Shown here: positions 41,010 to 44,810 of the stretch, piece after piece
How positions within the stretch are numbered: the stretch's first letter is position 1
How the letters are laid out: the number at the start of each line of letters is the position of its first letter
From: an uncultured Gammaproteobacteria bacterium
GTDB lineage: Bacteria; Patescibacteriota; Patescibacteriia; UBA9934; GWF2-40-263
Length of the DNA: 44,810 nt
Assembly: GCA_964573855.1 (NCBI GenBank)
Contig: CAZNKO010000002.1
Span: 1 to 44,810, forward strand
Reading direction: 5' to 3'
Notes under the pieces: model-generated
What the model was told of the DNA's origin: nothing
The model's input: only the letters and a program-made list of their open reading frames with translations
Databases searched by the model: none
Program-made: the position numbers and the translations under genes

Positions 41010-42418
41010 AAAGAGGCCGTATCGATCGGGGAGAGGTCTTCCACGGTTGGGGCGTTCACGTCGGGGCCGGGGGGATGGAGTTCAAGCGACCGCGCATCCG
41101 TCCAGACGATGCGATCCCAGCGCCAGTGGAAATGGCGAAAGGTTTCTTCGTCTTTAATGTGGCGGCGCAGACCATCGGAAATCACATACACTTCCGGCGC
41201 TCCCCGAACTCCGACCAGAGTCCCGTCCGGGAACCCGAGCGCCGGGCTTCTCGCGTAAGCGTCCAATGCTGCCGGAGTGACAGGGGTTGGTCTCGTATCG
41301 GGGAAACGAGTTGTGAAAATTTCCCGAGAGATGAGGGGGGATTTTTTGTTGCCGTCTACGTAGTAGACCCCACCTGTCTTATTATTTTGGAGGAGGCGGC
41401 CTGGACCCGCGGAGGTCTCTTTCTCGAGCGACGTTCCAAAGTCAAAAGCTTCGAGTTCCTCGTCCGTGATGTCCATCACGTCATCCCACATGAAACCGAG
41501 AGATCGGAATGCTTCCGGCGAAGGGATGAGCCGGAGCGTGTGGTCCACGAGAAGATAAATGTTGCCGCTCGACGTCTTGAGAAGAGAATAGTTGGGAAAA
41601 CGGATCGCGTCGCCGGTCGGATACGCCTCGAGGGTTGAGGGATCCACGGAGACGATGTTGCGTTCGTTGTAGCGGGAAGAGAAGGCTGTGCGCGAGGTGA
41701 TGGGGCGGCGGATGCCATTTCGGATGAGCCAGACTCCGCCCGTGCGGTTGTTTTGGAGCAGGGTCCCATTTGGATAGTCGGGGACGAACCACCGGCGCCA
41801 AATGCGGACGAAATTTTCATTGCCGTGAAGATGCGGAGTGTACGTGTAGAGGGCCGCGGTGGCTTTGTTCGTTGGGATCACGGTGACCCCGTCGATCATG
41901 GTCGGGATCCCGGGACCGACTCCAGAGATCGTTTGGCCGTTTTCGTGCAAGTCACCAAGATAGGATTCGCGGATTCGTTTGGCTGCATAATACACCTGTG
42001 CCCCAAAGCCGCGATATTTTTGAAGCGCTGGATCATTTTTAGAGCAATCGTCGCAGATCGCATATCCCATGGCCCAATCAAGTTGGTCTTGGGTTGGATG
42101 ATTGTCTTCGACGAGACTTTGTTCGCGTTGAAGAAGAACCAGGAGCGCGCGCGGATTCAAACGAAATTCCTGCGCGGCACGCCAGAGAATATCGATGGCT
42201 GGGCGCAGAACTCCTTCCGCGTCTGCTGTTGTATAAGTCGCGAGTGAGCCACGTGACAAAAATGTTTGCAATTCCTCTCGACTTATCGCGGCCGTGTTTG
42301 TTAATTCCTCGTCCGAAAGAAGCGTGTTGAAAGAAATGGATTCCGCCTGGCCAGGGGAGGGGATGGCCGTGAGTCCGAGGCTCACCAGAAGAAAAAAGGC
42401 AATGAATCGTGTTGCCAT
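41006..42418 (-). CDS. Secreted protein (470 aa) with three C-terminal ~60-aa repeats
   Basis: ATG 42418 gives the signal peptide MATRFIAFFLLVSLGLTAIPSPGQA. Repeats: LLQNNRTGGVWLIRNGIRRPITSRTAF, LLQNNKTGGVYYVDGNKKSPLISREIF, GTLVGVRGAPEVYVISDGLRRHIKDEETF. The ORF-track start at 42688 is upstream of the terminator. Confidence 0.65.
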   Translation of the reverse strand: MATRFIAFFLLVSLGLTAIPSPGQAESISFNTLLSDEELTNTAAISREELQTFLSRGSLATYTTADAEGVLRPAIDILWRAAQEFRLNPRALLVLLQREQSLVEDNHPTQDQLDWAMGYAICDDCSKNDPALQKYRGFGAQVYYAAKRIRESYLGDLHENGQTISGVGPGIPTMIDGVTVIPTNKATAALYTYTPHLHGNENFVRIWRRWFVPDYPNGTLLQNNRTGGVWLIRNGIRRPITSRTAFSSRYNERNIVSVDPSTLEAYPTGDAIRFPNYSLLKTSSGNIYLLVDHTLRLIPSPEAFRSLGFMWDDVMDITDEELEAFDFGTSLEKETSAGPGRLLQNNKTGGVYYVDGNKKSPLISREIFTTRFPDTRPTPVTPAALDAYARSPALGFPDGTLVGVRGAPEVYVISDGLRRHIKDEETFRHFHWRWDRIVWTDARSLELHPPGPDVNAPTVEDLSPIDTASL

Positions 42419-42549
42419 ATCGGCTCGAGTATAGCCGATTTTTGGCTTTTTCGCAAAAACCCGCCTCCGCAAAAGCTTCCGCCGACGCCAAGGCTTTGGC
42501 GGACAAGTCGGCGGGTTCTTTGTTGTTTCTTTTGAAATTTTGGAGAAAG

Positions 42550-42590
42550 AAAAAAACGGCGGGGCATTGCTTGCGCAATGCCGCGCCGTT
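42550..42590 (-). terminator. Strong intrinsic terminator after the large lipoprotein gene
   Basis: On the minus strand: CGGCGCGGCATTGC gcaa GCAATGCCCCGCCG (13 of 14 bp) followed by TTTTTTT. Confidence 0.8.
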
Positions 42591-42605
42591 GGAGTCACGT
42601 CCGTA

Positions 42606-44624
42606 TCAGAACGTGATGGTGCCTCCGACCGCAGCCGCCGCGTCCGAAGCCTTGACGGAGCTCGGGTAGAGCGATGGGTTGGTGACACCCACCCAGCTCA
42701 CCTCCTCGTGGGGGGTGATTGTGAACGTATCGTGCTGGGTTGTGGATGCACCAGTCGTGTCCATCCATACGCTGATCGTACGTGTCGTGCCTTTCGCGAC
42801 AACGAGCGTGCCGTTGAACGTGGCCTTGAAGTGAAAGGCCAGTGGATCGTCTCCCGTCTTCATGATGATCGCAATGGGCGTCGTCTGTCCGGTTTCTGAT
42901 ACGCGCGTTTTTTGCACAACGTCGTCGTACAAGCGGGAACCCCAGCCGTTTAAGGTCTTGTCCGTATACGCGGCCTTGAACCGAAGCCACTGGATCGAGA
43001 CATCATCACACAGACCCGCTTCGATCTGCAGACGATAGACCTCGATCATGCCAGGCGTTGCCTGTCCTGACGGACTTCCTGCCGCGAGACTGAAGAACGG
43101 ACGCGTCGGGAAGAGCCGGGCACTTCCATCCATCAGGGTCACGGTGTACCCGCAGCCCACGTTGGCCACCACGCGCGGCGGATTTCCGTTCATCTGCGAG
43201 ACACGGAAAATCGTCGGGCTTTGCGCCTGACCCCCGACGATCTCGATCGCGAACGAGTCCGACGCTCCGACGCTACCGATAGCAACAAAGTCGCAGACCA
43301 CGTCGTAAAAGCCGTAGTCTCCGACCGTGAACGGACCCGGGAACACCAAGCTTCCGTCAGCAGCGATCGGCACCGGGCCAGCCACGACCATCGAAGGCGG
43401 CCAGGCCTTGAGACGACAGTTCGTGAGGCGATCCTGGGCTCGGACGTTTCCATCCGCTCCTTGGGCGAACACGGATCCCGCGTCGGACACCATGACTGCG
43501 AGCGTCAGGTTCGACACCTGTGTGCTCGCGGTTGGGTCCGTGCTGTCGAGATAGATCGTCCCGAGCTTCACGTTCGTATCTCCGGGGGACACGTTGAAGG
43601 GTCCCGCGACGGAGGGAGTGAGCAGGAACTCGGCCCGGATCTCTGCAGCCGGTGACGTAGAGGGTGTTTGACAGCTCACCCCGTCCGGTGCCAGGCACTG
43701 GTTCGCGTTGCACGGATTCGTCCAGGCGAAAGGTTTCGCTCGACACGTTCCGTTCTCCATCACCTGTCCTGGAGAGCAGTCGAACAGGGGCCTGCACTGT
43801 TGGTCACGAGTGTCATATCCCTTCGTTACGTCCGCGCAGGGATTGTTCCAGAGGAACGGCGCCGTCTTGCACGATCCGTTCTCCATCACCTGTCCCGAAG
43901 GACAGTCGAAGAGACGATGGCACGTTCCCTTCGTGTTGATGCCTTCGCGCTCCGGATCGCACGCGAATTCCCAGGCGAACGGCGGATTCTTACACTGGGG
44001 CGGACCCTCAAACGGCTTCACCGCAACCATGCCGAGCGGACACGGCCAGACACACTCCGTCTCCGAGTCGTAGCAGTTGCCGTTCACGTCCTCGAGCTTG
44101 TTGTCAGGGCAGTGACGCCGCGGCTCGCAGGTGTTTGCCTGCGTGTAGACGACGCTCGCTCCGGTGCACGGGTTGCGCGCTTCGCACGTCCCTGCCGGTC
44201 CGATCACTTCACGGGCGGTTTCGTTACACCCGAGAGCCGTGTAGGGATTCCCCGCGTCCGGCGGGTTCACGTCCACCCCGCCGTCGACTCCGCCATCGAT
44301 CCCGCCGTCTTCCGTTCCGCCATCGAGCGCGCGCGGAACGCAGACTTCGATCTTGTCCTCCTCGCAGGAGGGCCCTGCGTCCGGCGTCGGACACTGGACC
44401 CCACCATCGGGCGTCTCGCCACCATCCGGAATCTGGATCGTCGAGTCGCAGATGCGTTCGCCATGTTCGTCCTTCTTCTTCTGGCGCTCATCGCAACAAA
44501 TGCCGAGGTAGTCGAACGACTCCGTCGGCTTGTCGCAGGACTTGGGGGTCGGCTCCGGCCCGCACCCGCCTCCGCCCGTGATCGTCGCAGCGAAGAGGGA
44601 AATAACCGTTCCCAAAATCTTCAT
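42606..44624 (-). CDS. Large Cys-rich lipoprotein / surface protein (672 aa)
   Basis: ATG 44624 is preceded by GGGAGGA and gives MKILGTVISLFAATITGGGGC (lipobox). There are repeated Cys modules (..FDCPSGQVMENGSCKTAPFLWNNPC.. / ..FDCSPGQVMENGTCRAKPFAWTNPC..) and a beta-rich C-terminal half. Confidence 0.7.
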   Translation of the reverse strand: MKILGTVISLFAATITGGGGCGPEPTPKSCDKPTESFDYLGICCDERQKKKDEHGERICDSTIQIPDGGETPDGGVQCPTPDAGPSCEEDKIEVCVPRALDGGTEDGGIDGGVDGGVDVNPPDAGNPYTALGCNETAREVIGPAGTCEARNPCTGASVVYTQANTCEPRRHCPDNKLEDVNGNCYDSETECVWPCPLGMVAVKPFEGPPQCKNPPFAWEFACDPEREGINTKGTCHRLFDCPSGQVMENGSCKTAPFLWNNPCADVTKGYDTRDQQCRPLFDCSPGQVMENGTCRAKPFAWTNPCNANQCLAPDGVSCQTPSTSPAAEIRAEFLLTPSVAGPFNVSPGDTNVKLGTIYLDSTDPTASTQVSNLTLAVMVSDAGSVFAQGADGNVRAQDRLTNCRLKAWPPSMVVAGPVPIAADGSLVFPGPFTVGDYGFYDVVCDFVAIGSVGASDSFAIEIVGGQAQSPTIFRVSQMNGNPPRVVANVGCGYTVTLMDGSARLFPTRPFFSLAAGSPSGQATPGMIEVYRLQIEAGLCDDVSIQWLRFKAAYTDKTLNGWGSRLYDDVVQKTRVSETGQTTPIAIIMKTGDDPLAFHFKATFNGTLVVAKGTTRTISVWMDTTGASTTQHDTFTITPHEEVSWVGVTNPSLYPSSVKASDAAAAVGGTITF

Positions 44625-44810
44625 TCGTGCATCCTCCCTTTCTTCTTTCGTTGGCACAGGTCTGTGCCAGTTTCAGGTTTGAAGAAGCTGATCAAACACT
44701 CGCTTGACCCGCGCGCACCATACCATTTTTGACGGTTTTGTCAATGGTTCCAACCAAGGCGCCGTACCAAAACGTGGTTGGTGATTATTGCGTTTTAGTT
44801 CTCTGTTAAG

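Noticed and set aside
43668-44732. 354-aa plus-strand ORF, plus other + strand ORFs between 43.0 and 44.6 kb
   Set aside because: They are antisense to the large lipoprotein gene, which has an SD, a lipobox signal peptide and internal repeats. The + strand frames are Arg-rich artefacts.
1-44810. Alternative genetic code (TGA as a sense codon, as in Gracilibacteria/Absconditabacteria)
   Set aside because: Many conserved genes (mnmA, def, the hydrolase, PAP2, pduL, rpsD and others) terminate at TGA at the expected protein length. The single in-frame TGA at 27937 is treated as a local anomaly.

Overview
This 44.8-kb fragment appears to come from a streamlined, small-genome bacterium, probably of the Candidate Phyla Radiation/Patescibacteria type. 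That placement is inferred from gene content: tightly packed genes with ATGA overlaps, PduL, shortened RpoA, AlaS and PriA, and many secreted repeat proteins. The standard genetic code applies, since TGA ends conserved genes at normal lengths. I found no rRNA, tRNA, CRISPR array, transposase or integrase.

Layout:
- (i) 1-6923: a tandem array of four paralogous ~575-aa Cys-rich proteins of unknown function. Copy 1 is cut by the window edge and is frameshifted. A DUF433/PIN-like toxin-antitoxin pair sits between copies 2 and 3.
- (ii) 7.0-20.7 kb: housekeeping genes (hydrolase, PAP2, HD phosphohydrolase, receiver domain, mnmA, thioredoxin-like, era, SpoU methylase, GT2, pduL, surface protein, murJ, alaS).
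- (iii) 20.7-25.0 kb: infA-rpmJ-rpsM-rpsK-rpsD-rpoA-rplQ-rplM-rpsI.
- (iv) 25.0-30.4 kb: a visibly AT-richer accessory island. It holds a type II R-M pair (SPPY beta-class methyltransferase plus an MvaI/BcnI-family endonuclease) and three tandem winged-helix paralogs plus a DUF4145-like protein. It also holds four single-gene cassettes (Zn-ribbon, ArsR-family, unknown, Cas4-like nuclease).
- (v) 31.2-36.9 kb: a glycan/envelope cluster (flippase, GT4, two GT2, O-antigen-ligase-like).
- (vi) Minus-strand block: fmt, def, priA-like, LigB-like and two large secreted proteins.

Most unusual signals:
- The Cys-rich paralog array is linked to the island by a shared regulatory motif. Each island cassette is preceded by the same ~28-bp palindrome-containing promoter/operator-like motif, and the motif also precedes paralog copies 2 and 4.
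- Short palindromic repeat elements are inserted in-frame into conserved genes (hydrolase twice, HD protein, mnmA three times, alaS).
- Heptanucleotide tandem arrays fill gene junctions.
- A 265-bp MITE-like or structured element sits exactly between rpsM and rpsK.
- Two in-frame stop codons fall at positions where homologs or paralogs have aromatic residues.
- PriA lacks its ATPase motifs.
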